Source: Rebecca billardiae RCC1528
Lineage: Eukaryota; Protista; Haptophyta
DNA: 64,000 nt
Assembly (NCBI GenBank): GCA_965240325.2
Contig: OZ251222.1
Location: 1,426,001-1,490,000 of the forward strand
Direction of reading: 5' to 3'
Shown here: piece after piece, positions 12,362 through 24,921 of the stretch
Layout of the letters: every line of letters begins with the position of its first letter
Numbering within the stretch: the first letter of the stretch is position 1
Notes under the pieces: model-generated
Told to the model about the DNA's origin: nothing
Databases searched by the model: none
Seen by the model: only the letters and a program-made list of their open reading frames with translations
Position numbers and translations under genes: made by a program

Positions 12362-13829
12362 CTACCACAGCCTCTGGAACTTGTTCTCGTGGCTGCCGCC
12401 CACTGCGTTGAAGCCGTACGAGCGCGAGTCCATTGGCGGCGTAGCGTAGCGCACGACCGGTGGGCGACCCTGCTCCGAAGCGGAGAGGCGATTCTCGCGC
12501 GCGCAGCGCGGCGCTTCGCCGCCCCAGCGCCGCCAGCACGCGCGGGCGATCTGCGCGCGTGCTCGGCGCAGCCCGTCCTTCTCCTTGGACACGTACGCAT
12601 CCGCGCCGGCCGCAGCGTACATCCGGCGGTCTGCGCTCGAGCCGTTGCACGAGACGACAAAGGCGACGAGGTTGTGCTCGGCCTCGGGCACCGCGGCGCG
12701 CACGCGCGAGATCACGCTCGAGCCCCGGGGCACACCCACGCCGAGATCCTGGTCGGAGAAGAGCACGACGGGCCCGGCGCGCACCAGTGCGGCGAGCGTC
12801 TCCGCGTATTCGATCAGCTGCGCTCGTTCGCTCTCCTCCGTCGCGTCGACGGGCGGGAAGACGATGGGCTGCTGGCGCGGGCTGCTGCCGGCCGCGTCGG
12901 CTGCGCCCTCGAGCAGCGCGCCCACGCGCGAGCGCATGATGGCGCGCGTCGTCCGCGAGTCGTCGACGATGAGGACGGTCGCCGACGCCGGGATGCTGAA
13001 CTCGTCGATCGCGCGCGCCTCGGACGCGCTCAGCATCCCGACCGGCACGTCCATCCGGAAGAGGAGGTGGCGCGGCGCGCCCTCCGCGTACACGGGCGGC
13101 ACGACTCGGCCGCCGAGCGCGGCTGCGCAGCGCTGGATGAGAACCCTGTGGCGCGCGGGCGGTCGGGCGCGCGCGGAGAGACACAGGTCAGCCTTTGCGC
13201 CGCCACCACCGTCCCCGCCTTCGCACTCCGCACGCCGGCGCGAGCGCGCACCGCGTGCCGCTCTCCAGCACCTCCGACAGGTCCTCCGCGTCGCACGACA
13301 GCGAGTCCGCCACCACGTCGATGGTGAGCGTGGAGTGCGCGAGGGTGAGGGCAAGCCGCGGGCACCATCCGATCCCAAGCATGTGTAGGTCACGGCAGGC
13401 CGCCGTCACCGCCACTCGGATGGGTGCGGGGTCGACCTCGACGGTGCCCTCGGTCCACGAGTGCGTGTCTTCTTCCATCATGTCGTCGTCGCTGCCGGCG
13501 ATGGTGAGGTCGACGTCGGCGTCGTCCCTATCGACGATCTCGCTCAAGTGCACGAGTTCGGGTGTCGGCGTGTACGCGCCAGCGACGAGCGCCTCGTGCA
13601 CCACCGTGCTCTGGAGGCGGTTCATCGCGTCGCGTATCTCGCGCGCCGCGTCCTCGAGCGCGGGTTGTTGTGGCGTGGGCGCAGCGCGGGCCAGCTCGTC
13701 GAGAATGGCCGTTGCGCGGATCAGCGGGTTACGGAAGCCGTCCTCGAGCGAGCACAGCGCGTGGCTGGTGAGCGACGCGCCGCTGCGCAAGCTCGTGCGG
13801 CTGCCGTCGTCGTTGTGGGAGGCCTGCAT
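12362..13829 (-). CDS. Hybrid histidine-kinase-like/response-regulator protein, copy 4; complement(join(12362..13145,13252..13829))
   Basis: Same motifs and intron. Similarity to the other copies decays just upstream of the MQASHN ATG, which supports that start. Confidence 0.8.
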
Positions 13830-14161
13830 CGGGCCGGGTGGTCCACGAGAGGAGTGGAGGAGTGGTGATGTGGGTCTGTGGGAGGCGGCAAATTGTGATG
13901 CTGAGAATCGGCCGTTTGCGCCGGTTGTGGGATTTTGCCGCTGCCGTGTTAAAACCTTTCACATTCTCAATTGGGCTCACATGGTTAGCTAGGTTGGTGT
14001 GCCGTTTGGCCAAACGGCACAGCATCGTTTCTCTATGACAGCGGCTCAATACTTTGTCGATCGGCGAGTCGGCGACCTGAAAGATACCCCCATAGGCATA
14101 TTGATCTTGAATGAAGCGATACCAACGTGTCGCTTCCGTCCCGAGCCGTAATGAAGATCGA

Positions 14162-14834
14162 ACTAAAAAGACCCTTATTCAGGAAAGGGTGTGGCCCCAC
14201 TGCGACCGCCCGGACGAGGGCCGCTCGGAATAGCCGTGAGTGCGACGTCACGCGCCGCTGTTGGGCCTGAGCGCCGCTAGTGAGGCCCTGGCAGCGCCCC
14301 ATACCCACCATGCAGCCGAGTAGCCCTCTCACGCCTCTCACGACAGCCTGTAAGCCACACCGTGAGCAACGCGGCAGCCATCGGAGCCGATCGTCATCAC
14401 ACACACCGTTCAAAATAGAAATGGGAGCAGCTACGGGACGCATCCGCCACTCGTCTCTTCTCTACAGACGTCACCGCGTTGCGTGTTGCTGCTCCGGCGG
14501 CATCAGCACGCACTCACGCCTATTTCGGGCGTGCAAAGAGCAGCGCGTGCAAGCTGTTGCGTTTCACTGCATTGCAGATCGCGCGTCGGTGACAAGGAGG
14601 CAGAGACGACGGATGACAGCATGCCGAAGCGGCGCATGACCTTCCAATTGGTGTGTACTTGCCAACCATCCACCCCGGCGGACGATCCGGCGATGACGCC
14701 GCGACTCTGAGCGCGCACAGTAGGCGAGGTGCGCTGGCGGGACGAGCCGGGCGGCATGCCGCCACTGGGAACCCACTGAAGCCGGGGCCACAACCTTTCC
14801 TGAAGCAAGGGAGTCACCTGAAGGGTCTTTTATA
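14162..14834. mobile_element. Degenerate TIR element / MITE remnant
   Basis: AAAAGACCCTT...TTCAGGAAAGG.GTGGCCCC at about 14165-14198 is inverted at about 14784-14832. A second inverted pair lies at about 14220-14245 / 14509-14532. No clear TSD. Confidence 0.4.
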
Positions 14835-16964
14835 GAGCGCTCGTTGGAACTTGAGCCCGGCTTGGCGCCCACCGGCCCGGGCGGTGCCATGCCGTGGTTT
14901 TGCTGCCGACCAGCTCAAGTTCCACAGCTGGTCAACGTTCGGCTTGCGACCTCGCCGCTGGTGCTTGTAGGAAGGTACACGAAATGTTCGAACTCCCGCG
15001 CGCCCGCTCTGCGCGTGTCGACGCCCTCTGAAGGTGACTCGGGGGGCATGCGGGGCAGACGGGAATGCTGCCGTGGGTCGGCACTCTAGTGACTCTCATC
15101 AGTCGTCCAGTGCGCAGGCCACGTAGCGCGGATGTGGTGCGCGCATGGCCCGGAAACGCGGTCGCGACATGTCTACCTGGTCTACTCAAGGCCTGCCGCA
15201 CCGTGAAGCGAGCGCTCTCAGGAGCGTGTGCCGAGCGTGCCAGCCCCGCCGAGATGGAGCAGTTCCATTCTGGCTCACAAGTTCCCGCAACGAGCGCTCA
15301 AGTTTGAAGTTCCCCGGCGAGCGGTAACCAAGTTGGAAAGGGTCAAAGGTCTGGAGCGGCAAAAGTACGGCAAAGGCCATCAATGAAGTTGTAACTATCG
15401 TCATAAGTTGGAAAGTCTTTTATTAATACGTATTTACAAAAATCAGTAAACCACGCTTAACATTTTCCGATACCTCCTCTATGACAAGTAGTATGGGAAA
15501 AAATGCCGAGGATGAGAGCGAACCTGAAAACATCGTTCAACGTAATGATTTCTTTCGGTCGGTGCAAGTGTGAGCGGTTTTTCTATTAATTTGACGCAGA
15601 TTACGGATACCAGGAGTGGTCACGTCAATTGTCGCAACTTTGCTGGGGGATTTACGACCTGGTCAGGTCGGACAAAACCCGGACCCGTCCGGGTTTTCGA
15701 CCAACCCACAACCCCAACACCCCCACCGCGCCGACCGTCCCGTCGCCGGCGCCCACTCCCACCGTGCCGCCGCTCACGACCTTGGGCAGCTGGCCGACAG
15801 AGGTGCCGCGCGTGATCGCCACGTCGAACTAGAGCCCTCCACACCCCCCAGTCCCCCTCATCCCCCTCGAGGCACTGGGGCCAGCTCCGCCGTCCGCGCC
15901 GCAGCCCGCAACGCCGGCCGCCCCGCACCGCCTGCGCCGCAGCCCGTGTGGCACCCGTGCGACCCGGCGGACCCGTGCCGCCGCCTGTGCTGCGCTGCGC
16001 CCGATCGGCACGAGCACTGCCTCGGCCTGATGCACCGCCTTCGCTGCCTGATGTGCCCCACCGTCGCCGCCGCCGCCGTCGTCGCCGCCGTTACCGACGT
16101 CAGAATCGACATCGGCGGCGGATTCGTGCATCTGGCCCTCGCGTAGACGCGTACGCGCGGGCAGGTGCGCGATCTTAAAGTGCTTCTTCAGGGCGACGCG
16201 GCTGAAGAAGGGCGCGAGCGTCGCGAGCGAGCAAGCGACCGCGCGAGTGAGTTGAGCCAGACGATGTTGGTGGTCTCGCCTCGGCGTGTTTGAGCGGACG
16301 CAAGCGAGCTCGCGCGCTTGCGCGCGCGCCGCACCTTCCTCCGCGATTTCATGTCGGGCGTGTCCGTGCCAAACCAGTGCCGCCTGGTGGGATTCCCGCG
16401 CCAGCTCAGATAGATGACACGCTCCACGCGGCGTCCGCAGTCTCCCTCTAACTCGATCAGAACGCGCCCTTGCCAGTGACCCGGATTACACGCTGTGCTC
16501 ACGTAGGGCCTTGGATGTTGAAGGCCAGACAGATGGTCGGCTGCACCAAACGCATCACCGCGGGGCATGCACTCCGAGGGCACGTCGACGGCATACCAGT
16601 GCCGGAGGGAGAGTTTGCGTCAGATGAGCGTGCACAATGAGGGCACCCGAGATCGTCACATCCATCGTTGGAGTTGAGCGCACAGATCGCAAGAGCTCTC
16701 GCAGGCGAATAGGGCGAGCGACCGCTCGGCGCCCTCCACCCTGGCTTGACCCTGGCACCCTCCAGCCTGGACGCCCACTCCAACCGCCAAGGCCGGGGTC
16801 GGCCCGGGCGGGCCCAGCCCGTCCAAGGGCCGTACCCCGTCGACGCCGCCCCGGCCGGGCATTGCTCCGGGCGCCGGAACTGGAAAAAGCCAAAAAGGCA
16901 TATAACTGTATCATCGATTCATCGTCATCGTCAATAAAAGCACGATGGCGGTGCGATCGGTGCG

Positions 16965-19900
16965 ATGAGTCGAGCCGGCGAGCAGACATCTCCTCCAAGA
17001 GCGCGCGGGGCGTTCTTCGCCGATGATGGCCTTCTCGAACTCGGCCTGCCGAGGGCCTGGTCGATGGCTGACCACGCCGGCCGGGCGCTGCACGCCGAAT
17101 TCACAGATGCGTTCGCTCAGGCGCACGCGGCCGAGGAGGCCGCCGCCGAGGCGCTCTTCTCCGGCCAGGAGCCCTCCCCACTGCTTGACTCGCTCTTCGG
17201 CGCCCTGACGAGTGGCGAGAACGGCAGCGATGGGGCCGCTACCGCCCAGACCGACCCGAGCGGCTCCCCCGCGCGCTCGTCGCGACCGCCGACGCCGGCG
17301 TCTGTGCTTGGGCCCGCGCTCGCCGGTTCGCCTGGCGCACTCCGTCTTGAGCTGCGCGCGCGCGGAGATGAGCCGACGAGAGCGGGGCGCCACGCGTGGA
17401 CCACCGGCGCGGGCGCGGGCGGCGAGAGCCCGCGCATTCGGGCACGCTCGCCCACCGAGGCCGAGGACAGCGCGCGCGCGTGGGAGCGGCTGGGCGCGCG
17501 GCTGAGCGCCAATGGCTTTGGCCCGCCGCCCGCGCGCCGCGCGCCGGCGGGCGCGCGCGCGCATGGCGCCGCCTCGGCGCACGAAGGCGGTGCGCGCGGT
17601 GCGCCGACGAGCGCCGCGCTGCTCGGCGCGCTGGACGCCGTGCTCGACCAGTTCGAGCAGCGCGGCGCCATCGTGCACGACCTGCTCCGGGAGCTGGAGG
17701 GCGCGCGGCAGCGCGCGGCGCAGAGCGCGCACGGGCCGGCGCCGGGGGCGGCGCGCGGCGGCGGGCGCGGCGAGCACGGCGCGGAGGGCGCGGAGGGCGC
17801 GGAGGCCGAGGGCGGCGCAGACGGCGCGGCGCGTGGTCTGCGGGCGCTTCGCGCGCGCGCGGCCGCGCTCGAGCTCGCGCTGCGCGAGCGGGACGCGCTG
17901 ATCGCCGAGCTGCGGCCGAGCGACACACTTGGCGCGGCCTCGGCTTCGGCCGGCGCCGAGCCGGGCGGCGCGGCGCGGAGCGCGCGGCCGCGGCTCCTCG
18001 GCTCAACGGCCGCGTCGCTCGCCGAGACGCACACGGCGAGCCCGCGCTCGGCGCGCGCGCAGCACCCGCCCAGCCCCGAGCGCGACGGCGCGGAGGGCGC
18101 CGCTCGGAGCCCGCCGCCCTCCGCCACACCGCCGCCCAAGGGCGGGCGAAGCGCCGGCGGCGCGCGCCCGCCGCCTCCGCCGCACCGCCACCCTTCGGGC
18201 GAGCTCGCCGTCGCCGCCGCCGCCGCGGCGCGCGCCAGGCTCGAGCTGGAGCGCGAGCGCGCGGCGCGGGCGGAGGAGCAGGCCGAGTCCCGTCGCGCGG
18301 CGTCGCGCGCCGACGCGCGCGTCGCGCGCGCGAGCGAGCGCGCGCGCGCGCTCGAGGCTGAGGGCGCGGCGCTGCGCTTTGAGCTGCGGCTGCGGCCGTC
18401 GGCGGCGGCGTGGGCGGCGGCGGCCGCGGAGATGGGGGCGCTGGAGGAGCGCGCGGCGCGCGCGGAGGGTTCGCGGCAGCGCGCGGAGGCGAGCGCGACG
18501 GTGGCGCGCGCGCGGCTCGACGCCGTCTTCCCCGAGCGGCTTCCCGTCGGGCCGGGCGCCGCCGCGCGTCCGCGCCGCGCGCGCTCGGCGGAGCGCGCGC
18601 GCGGCGGCGCGTGCGCGCCGCCGCTCGCCGACGCCGAGCCGGGCGGCGCGGACGCGGAGGACGAGCTGCGCGCGTACCTGCGCCGCGCGATGCGCGACGC
18701 GGCCGAGGGCGCGGTCTCGGGCATCGCGCGCGCCGAGCCCACCGCCGTCGACGAGTGGCGGCTGCCGCTGGCCGAGCGCGCGCCGGCGCGCTCGCGCGCA
18801 GCGGTGGCGGCGGCGGGCGGCGGCGCGGGCGGCGGCTGGGCCGAGCACGGCGGCGGCGGCGCGGCGCCCGGCTCGCCCGCGGAGGCGCGCGGCCTGGTCG
18901 CCGCCGCGGCGGAGCTGGAGCAGCTGCGCGCGGCGCTCGCCCGCGAGCAGACGGCACACCGGGCCGCGCGCGCCCAGCTCGACGCCGCGCGCCGCCAACT
19001 CGAGCTCGCGACGCGTCGGCTGCAGCACAGCAGTGCGGCCGCGGCGCGCGAGCGCGCGGCGGGCGCGCGCGCGCGGCCGGAGGGCGGCGGCGCGAGCGCG
19101 CTCGCGCTGCGCGAGGCCGACCTCAGCGCGGCGCACGCCGAGCTCTCCGCGTGCGTGCGCGACGCGTGCGCGGCCCTCGGCGTGCGCGGCAGCCGCGCGC
19201 TCGCGCCCGCCGCCGCCAAGCTAGCCAAGGTGCGGCGCGCGCGCGCGGTGCGGTGCGGTGCGGTGCGGTGCGGTGCGGTGCGGTGCGGTGCGGTGCGCGC
19301 CGCCGATTGCTGAGCGCCCGGCGCCGCGCGACCGCCCGCGCGGCCGGAGGGCTCTCAAGACTCGTGCCTCGCGCGCGCGCCCGCGCCCGGGCGGCGCGCG
19401 CGCGCAGCTCGTCGGCGCGATGCCCGCCCTCGACGCCTTCGTGCGCCGCGCGTGCGCCCTGCTCGCGCCGAGCGCGGCGCGCGGCGCGCCCGCCACGCCG
19501 GAGGGCGCGCTGCGCGAGCTCGAGCGATGGCGCGCGGAGCGCACGCGCGTGCAGCTGGCGCTCTCGGTGGGGGGCGCGGCCGAGGCGTCGGGGGCGCGGG
19601 CGTGCGGCGCGGAGAGCGAGCGCGCCCGCGTGCTGCGCGCTGAGCTCGAGCACACCACCGCGCGGCTGCGCGAGGCCGAGCAGCGCCTGCGCTCGGCAGA
19701 CGTTGCGAGCGCCGCGGCCGCGGACGACGGCTCGGCCGCTGCTGCCGCCGACCGGCTGCTGCGGGAGCTGGCGGGCCTGTTCGGCGTGCGCTCGCGCGAG
19801 GGGCTGTACCCGACGGTGCGCGCGGGGCGCGCCGGCCGGCGCAGGCCCTCGGCACGCTGCGCCCGACGCTTGGCGCGACCGCCCACGCCGACCGCCCCAC

Positions 19901-20410
19901 CCGCCCGCCCCGTCGCGTCACGCGGCCCCCCGCCGCGCGCCGGCGCCGCGCGCTCGCCCGCGGCCACGGCCGCGCAGCTCAACCGCGTGCACGCGTTCGC
20001 GCAGGAGCAGAGCGCCTTCCTGCGGCGCGCGCGCGAGCTGCTCGGTCTGCACGAGCGCGCGGGCGTGGCCGAGATCCTGCGCGCGCTGGGCGACCCGGCC
20101 GAGCCCAGCGCGCACGCGCACACGCCTCCAGAGCGCGTGCGCGCCGCGGCCGCTCGCACCACCGGCGGCCGGGCTGGCCCCGTGGCAGCGGCGGCGGCGG
20201 CAGCGGCCTCGTCGCCGCCCGACGCGCCGCGAGCGGTCGGGAGCACTGCGGCGCACGACGGCGGCACCGCTGGTGGCGCCGCCGGCTTTGAGCTCGAAGC
20301 GCTCCCGTCCGAGACGACGGCTTCCATCGAGCTCGCTGAGCGCGAGGACGGCGCCACGACCATCGTGGCCGCACCGCCTCTCGGCGACGACGCTGGCCGG
20401 GGGTACCGGT

Positions 20411-20455
<45 letters not shown>

Positions 20456-20514
20456 GCCGCGACGCCGCCGCCCAGCAGGACACTGGCATCGCCGAGACGA
20501 GCCTGTCGTCGTAG
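16965..20514 (+). CDS. CEP70-like centrosomal coiled-coil protein; join(16965..19229,19408..19815,19978..20514)
   Basis: Long Ala/Arg/Glu coiled coil. AWERLGARLSANGFGP near the N-terminus and LAGLFGVRSREGLYPT-LNRVH...RELLGL near the C-terminus resemble conserved CEP70 segments. Two GTGCG...CGCAG introns; the first contains (CGGTG)n. Confidence 0.65.
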
Positions 20515-20821
20515 CTGGTCCAGCCCTCCAGCCACATTTAATTCATCAGCACTATGCAAGTAGTGCGCGCTGCGCGCTGTGCTCAGGGTGGTGAATCAAT
20601 CGTGACTTGCGGTGATGATGACATCATCTAATTCTGAGGAGCTAGCTCTTCATGCATATCGTGATGGCGGCGGATGATGATGATCAGTGCGCGTATAAAG
20701 AAAGATACGACAGCACCCAGCCCCGACGGCACGGCGAGTGTGACCGATGCGCGCCCGCCCCGGCCCGGGCCAAACTACACTCTGAGACTACAGCTACTGG
20801 TATATACTACTACTACAGGCA

Positions 20822-21314
20822 ATCGCGGGCAATAAGAAGTCAGAGATCTCACGACTAGTCTCGGTTTCTTAGCCGTTCGGTAGCCCGACCGCCTACGGAG
20901 TCTCAGTTTCTTAGCTAGGTCCGCCCGCCGCGCAGGCGCGGGGGGGGCGCAGGGGGGCGGAGCCCCCCGCTGAGTCTTTAGGCCCGGCCGGCAAGGCCGA
21001 AGAAAACATTTGGGCCATTTTGGAGCAAATCTGGCATGATGTTGCATGGATGCTGTGGTGCACTGGCCAGGAGTCAGTCATCAGGAGAAGTCGGGAATCC
21101 TTGGCCTGTACGAGTTCGTAGTCGGGCCGCGCGCCGCCGGTCCCACGGGCACTGCGCCTCGGCGGACCACTCGTCAGCCGCGACGACATAGTCCCGGTTT
21201 CTTAGTGTGACTATGCGTATAGCGAACCAGCCAATCGCAGTCTCAGTTTCTAGGCCAGATCCGCAGATAGCAAGCCCCAGTTTCTTAACGTGACAGCTCC
21301 TTATTGCCCGCGAT
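20822..21314. mobile_element. Small TIR-bounded element with internal repeats
   Basis: Inverted ends ATCGCGGGCAATAAG / CTTATTGCCCGCGAT. Five copies of a GTCTCRGTTTCTTAG-like motif inside. No TSD identified. Confidence 0.45.
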
Positions 21315-21390
21315 CGTGGGCGCGTCCATTTCTCGCTAATCGATGTCTCTTTGCGGTCATCTCAAAATTCGAAACTCGGTCTCTTCGAGC

Positions 21391-21512
21391 CTTGAAAATC
21401 GTCCCCCGTCCCTTTTTTCTTGATCAAAGATCTTTTTGAAACGTGGTTAGGGCCCAGTCCGGCCCACGGAGCGGGCTCCACGCTGCGCGTTCCGCCCTGC
21501 ACCGCGGGCCAT
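21391..21512 (+). repeat. Dispersed transposon-end repeat (possibly a Helitron-like 3' end); inverted copies at about 36643-36705 and 52386-52500
   Basis: Shared CCGCCCTGCACCGCGGGCCAT terminus containing a GC hairpin. Copies 1 and 3 also share GTCCCCCGTCCC...TTGATCAAAGATCTTTTTGA. Confidence 0.6.
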
Positions 21513-21914
21513 AAGCAGCAGCGCGCGCGCGCCGGCAGTAGAGTAGTGATTAACATAAATATATAGTGCCGCGCACTCCGTGACCCGCGTGACCAGCATA
21601 TATTCTCCTGCTGCCGAGTCGTCGCGGGCGGCGCATCATCAGCTGCTATAGCAGTAGCAGTATACTCAGTATATAGGCTTCATCGTCGCCGCGGTCCACG
21701 GGCCAGTAGTCCGGCCCGAATTGCCGTTATTATATTGGCAGTCAGCCGCGAGGCCCCATCATCGGCGGCTACGGTCGTATCGTCAGCATGCATTACGACA
21801 GCAGTACTGTATCAGCGTAGAGTGTCAATGCTGCTGGCGGCCCGGGCGACCAGGCGCCGCCGCCAGGCGGCCATCAGCAGCGCACTGCTCGCACCGCCGA
21901 GTTGCTACTGCTGG

Positions 21915-23198
21915 TCATGGCCGGCGACAGAGCGGAGCGCGCGTCATTTCGAGCGACGTCCCTCGCCAGATGTCGCCCGAGCCCGATGTGACGAGCTGCC
22001 AGCTCGCGCCGTGCAGGTCGGGCGCGGGCGACTCGGCCGCGCCCGGCGTGCGAACACAGCCCGCGGCATCAGCCGCGCCCGCCGCGCCGGCCGTGGCCGG
22101 CGGCGCGGCCACAGCGTCAGGCTGGCGGAGCTGGCGGAGCGCTCGCACCTCCGGCACGTCTACCACGACGGGCGGGTGCACGGGCGCGAAGAGCCCGTCG
22201 CACGTGCTCGCGTTCACGTAGGTCGTGCGCGTGTGCGCGCAGTACGCGGCGCCGTACGCCTGGTGCTGGTGGCCGAACAGGTGCAGCGGCGGGCGCGCGC
22301 GCGACACGTACTCGCGCAGCAGCGGCGCGCCCGTGCCGTCGTGGTCAAGCACGCCGCGCGGCGGGCCGTGCGAGACGAGCACGTCCACGCCCGCGGCCGG
22401 CAGCGCCTCGCGCGCGGCGCGCAGCACCGGGTGGTCGTCCGGCGGGCGGAAGTCCGGCTGGAACGCGCAGTTCTCCGAGGCCGCTGAGTTCTTGAGCGAG
22501 AGCGGCGTGCCGTGCACGCGCAGCCCGCACCCGAGCTCGACGGAGTGGTCGCACAGGTACGTGACGCGCGCGCGGCGCGCGCGCACCCGCGACGCGCCGC
22601 GCTCGAGCGCCGCCTGCACCGCCGACCGCCCCAGCTCGAGCAGAATCCGGTCGTGGTTGCCGCCGACCAGGATGGCGTCCGCGCACGGCAGCGACGCGAG
22701 CCACGCGCCCACGTCCTCGACGCGCGCGAGCCCCGCGCGACCGCCGTCGAGCGCGCCGAAGCCGCGGTCCTCCACGAACACGTCGCCGCAGTGCACCACC
22801 ACGTCCGACTCGGGCACCTCGACCAGCGCGTGCAGGCCGTGCGTGTCGCTCACGACGGTCAGCCGGGTCGCGCCCGAGCGCGGCGGGAGGGAGGCGGCCA
22901 TGCGCGCACGCGCGCCGGCGGGGCAGAGCTCGACGTGCAGGCAGCGCGGCCTCGACGAGAAGAACTTTGCAGCCAGCCGGCGCACGTTGCAGCACGGCCA
23001 CGTGAAGAGCGCGAGCAGCAGCCGGAAGCGCAGGGGCGTCGCGCGGAACCAGCTGCGCACCGCCTGCGAGCGCTGGATCAGCGGGTACACGGTGAACGCG
23101 CCGGAGAAGAGCAGCAGGATGCGCGCCACGCGCACCAGAGCGGGCGTGTGGTGGTCCGCGGGGTACGTGAGCAGGTTGAGCCCGAAGGAGAGGCTCAT
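21915..23198 (-). CDS. Calcineurin-like metallophosphoesterase (MPPED/239FB-like) with a hydrophobic N-terminal extension
   Basis: Motifs SDTH, HCGD, GGNHD, SHGPP, LFGHQH in canonical order. Alternative ATG at 22901; 3' end less certain. Confidence 0.85.
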   Translation of the reverse strand: MSLSFGLNLLTYPADHHTPALVRVARILLLFSGAFTVYPLIQRSQAVRSWFRATPLRFRLLLALFTWPCCNVRRLAAKFFSSRPRCLHVELCPAGARARMAASLPPRSGATRLTVVSDTHGLHALVEVPESDVVVHCGDVFVEDRGFGALDGGRAGLARVEDVGAWLASLPCADAILVGGNHDRILLELGRSAVQAALERGASRVRARRARVTYLCDHSVELGCGLRVHGTPLSLKNSAASENCAFQPDFRPPDDHPVLRAAREALPAAGVDVLVSHGPPRGVLDHDGTGAPLLREYVSRARPPLHLFGHQHQAYGAAYCAHTRTTYVNASTCDGLFAPVHPPVVVDVPEVRALRQLRQPDAVAAPPATAGAAGAADAAGCVRTPGAAESPAPDLHGASWQLVTSGSGDIWRGTSLEMTRAPLCRRP

Positions 23199-23345
23199 GG
23201 CCGCGTGGACGTGGAGGACGCCGTCGTCGCTGGCCAGGCGTCGGAGCGGTCAGCGGAGTGAGGGGACGCGGGAATCCCTGGCCAAATCTCCATCCGCTTC
23301 CCCATCCGGAGACGAGAGTGCCGCCGGACGGAGGCGACGAAGACG

Positions 23346-23696
23346 ATGGCGGCGGCCGCGGCGCCCGCGCTCGATGAGCTCGCTGAGCTGAACAAGAGCC
23401 TGGAGCGGGCGTTGGAGAGCGCTGCCGCGGTCCTCGAAGCCCTGAGTCGCGGCGACGAGGCTGCCATCGGCGACGTCAACAGCCACACGGACGTCTTCGT
23501 CCAGTCTGTGCACACCGTGCGCGCAGGCATCCAAAGACACGCAACGCTGATGGACGCCGTGGAGCCGTCCAGGTCAGGCGACATCGCCGCCTACCGCGAG
23601 GCTCTCGCCCCCGCACGGGCAAGGCTCTACCTGGCCAACATGCGCGCACGGGCTGCCGCGCACGACCTCCGACAGCTGCGGCCGCAGTCTACGTAA
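23346..23696 (+). CDS. Small helical protein, probable Mediator subunit Med11-like, 116 aa
   Basis: ATG-stop ORF with host codon usage. LDELAELNKSLERALESAAAVLEALS...FVQSVHTV resembles the Med11 helical hairpin. Confidence 0.5.
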   Translation: MAAAAAPALDELAELNKSLERALESAAAVLEALSRGDEAAIGDVNSHTDVFVQSVHTVRAGIQRHATLMDAVEPSRSGDIAAYREALAPARARLYLANMRARAAAHDLRQLRPQST

Positions 23697-24215
23697 CTCG
23701 TAAGGAGCGGCGTCGCTCTGACTGAATTACGTCGATAGACTGTGGCAGCAGTCTACATGCAGTATTCGACGCGCCTGATCATGTCGCCATTGCAAGGGCC
23801 TTGGTCATTGTATCACCCGCACCGTAGACGATCTCAGAGCCTTCGGGAATGGACTGGGCGTACTGGCAGAGCCGGAGCGGACACGGTGACACTGACACGC
23901 CGTGCCCGACCGGCCGGAACGGCACTATGGGCATGCCCCCGATGGCCGATTATTGGGCCGACGATCCGTCATGAATGTATGGTGATTGGAGCATTATTAT
24001 AATGGCATTGCAGAATGCAGCAGCCGCCGGCGCGCTAAGGAGTAAGGGTAAGGCGCTTCATTGCCTTCATTCGTCATCGTTCTGCGCGCGTGGAGTTCAA
24101 TACGGGCAGCTTCGATGATCACCCAGGTAACAAGTGCATCGTGCGCACGGCGCACCCGGCCGAGAGTCCTGATAAGATCGTCTTAGAGCGGCGTCCCCCA
24201 AGTGGGACGCGCGGC

Positions 24216-24845
24216 TCACTCTTCGTTGCGCGCCTTGGCCTCCTCAATCGCCATGCGCGTCTCCGCATCCGGGTAGAGACCCTGCGCAATCGTCGCCAGC
24301 TTGTATGCACCGAAGCCGACGATGGCCGGAAATAGGGAGAAGTATGCACGATTCTTGGCGACGGCCGCCAGCAGCAGCGCACCTGCGAGAATGGGCGGCG
24401 GACCCTGCTGAAATCCCGCCTTTTCCGTGCCAACGGCGTCCACCGTTCGCTGCAGCAGAAAGAGGTACACCAGGCCCGCCACAGCGCCAGCGGCATACCC
24501 TGCCAGGTCGCGTGCGTCGCCAAAGGCCCACGCCACCGACGCGCCCAGAGCAGAGAGGAATGCATGATCGAACAGCATCGACAGCTTCTGCTTGTCGTAC
24601 GCCGCCATGCTGCGCGCGCGCTGCTCCTCGACGCGCTTGTCCACGCTATCCAGCCTGACTGCAGGCGAGCCAAACTTGGCCTCCAGCTCGGCCTCAGTCC
24701 AGGCGACAGGTGGCGGAGGCCGTTCGCCCTCCTCAGCTACTGCCAGAAGGTGCGCACGCGATCGGCCCACGACTGTGTGCGGCGCAGGTGCGATCGGGCG
24801 GGGTGCGAACGCACAAACGACCACTCCCAGAGCGAAGAGCGCCAT
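24216..24845 (-). CDS. Plastid ATP synthase assembly factor, CGL160/Atp1 (UncI)-like, 209 aa
   Basis: Signal peptide plus an AFAP transit-like leader. Four hydrophobic segments, including YAAGAVAGLVYLFLLQRTVD and LFPAIVGFGAYKLATIAQ. Confidence 0.75.
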   Translation of the reverse strand: MALFALGVVVCAFAPRPIAPAPHTVVGRSRAHLLAVAEEGERPPPPVAWTEAELEAKFGSPAVRLDSVDKRVEEQRARSMAAYDKQKLSMLFDHAFLSALGASVAWAFGDARDLAGYAAGAVAGLVYLFLLQRTVDAVGTEKAGFQQGPPPILAGALLLAAVAKNRAYFSLFPAIVGFGAYKLATIAQGLYPDAETRMAIEEAKARNEE

Positions 24846-24921
24846 CGCTGACGAGGTCGTGCCCTCCCGCTCGGTGCCCCTGCGGCGGCTGTGGCCCCCA
24901 AACGAGTCCGGGCTGGCGTCC

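Noticed and set aside
15661-15708. Hairpin resembling a terminator or replication origin
   Set aside because: An isolated stem-loop among transposon debris with no supporting context.
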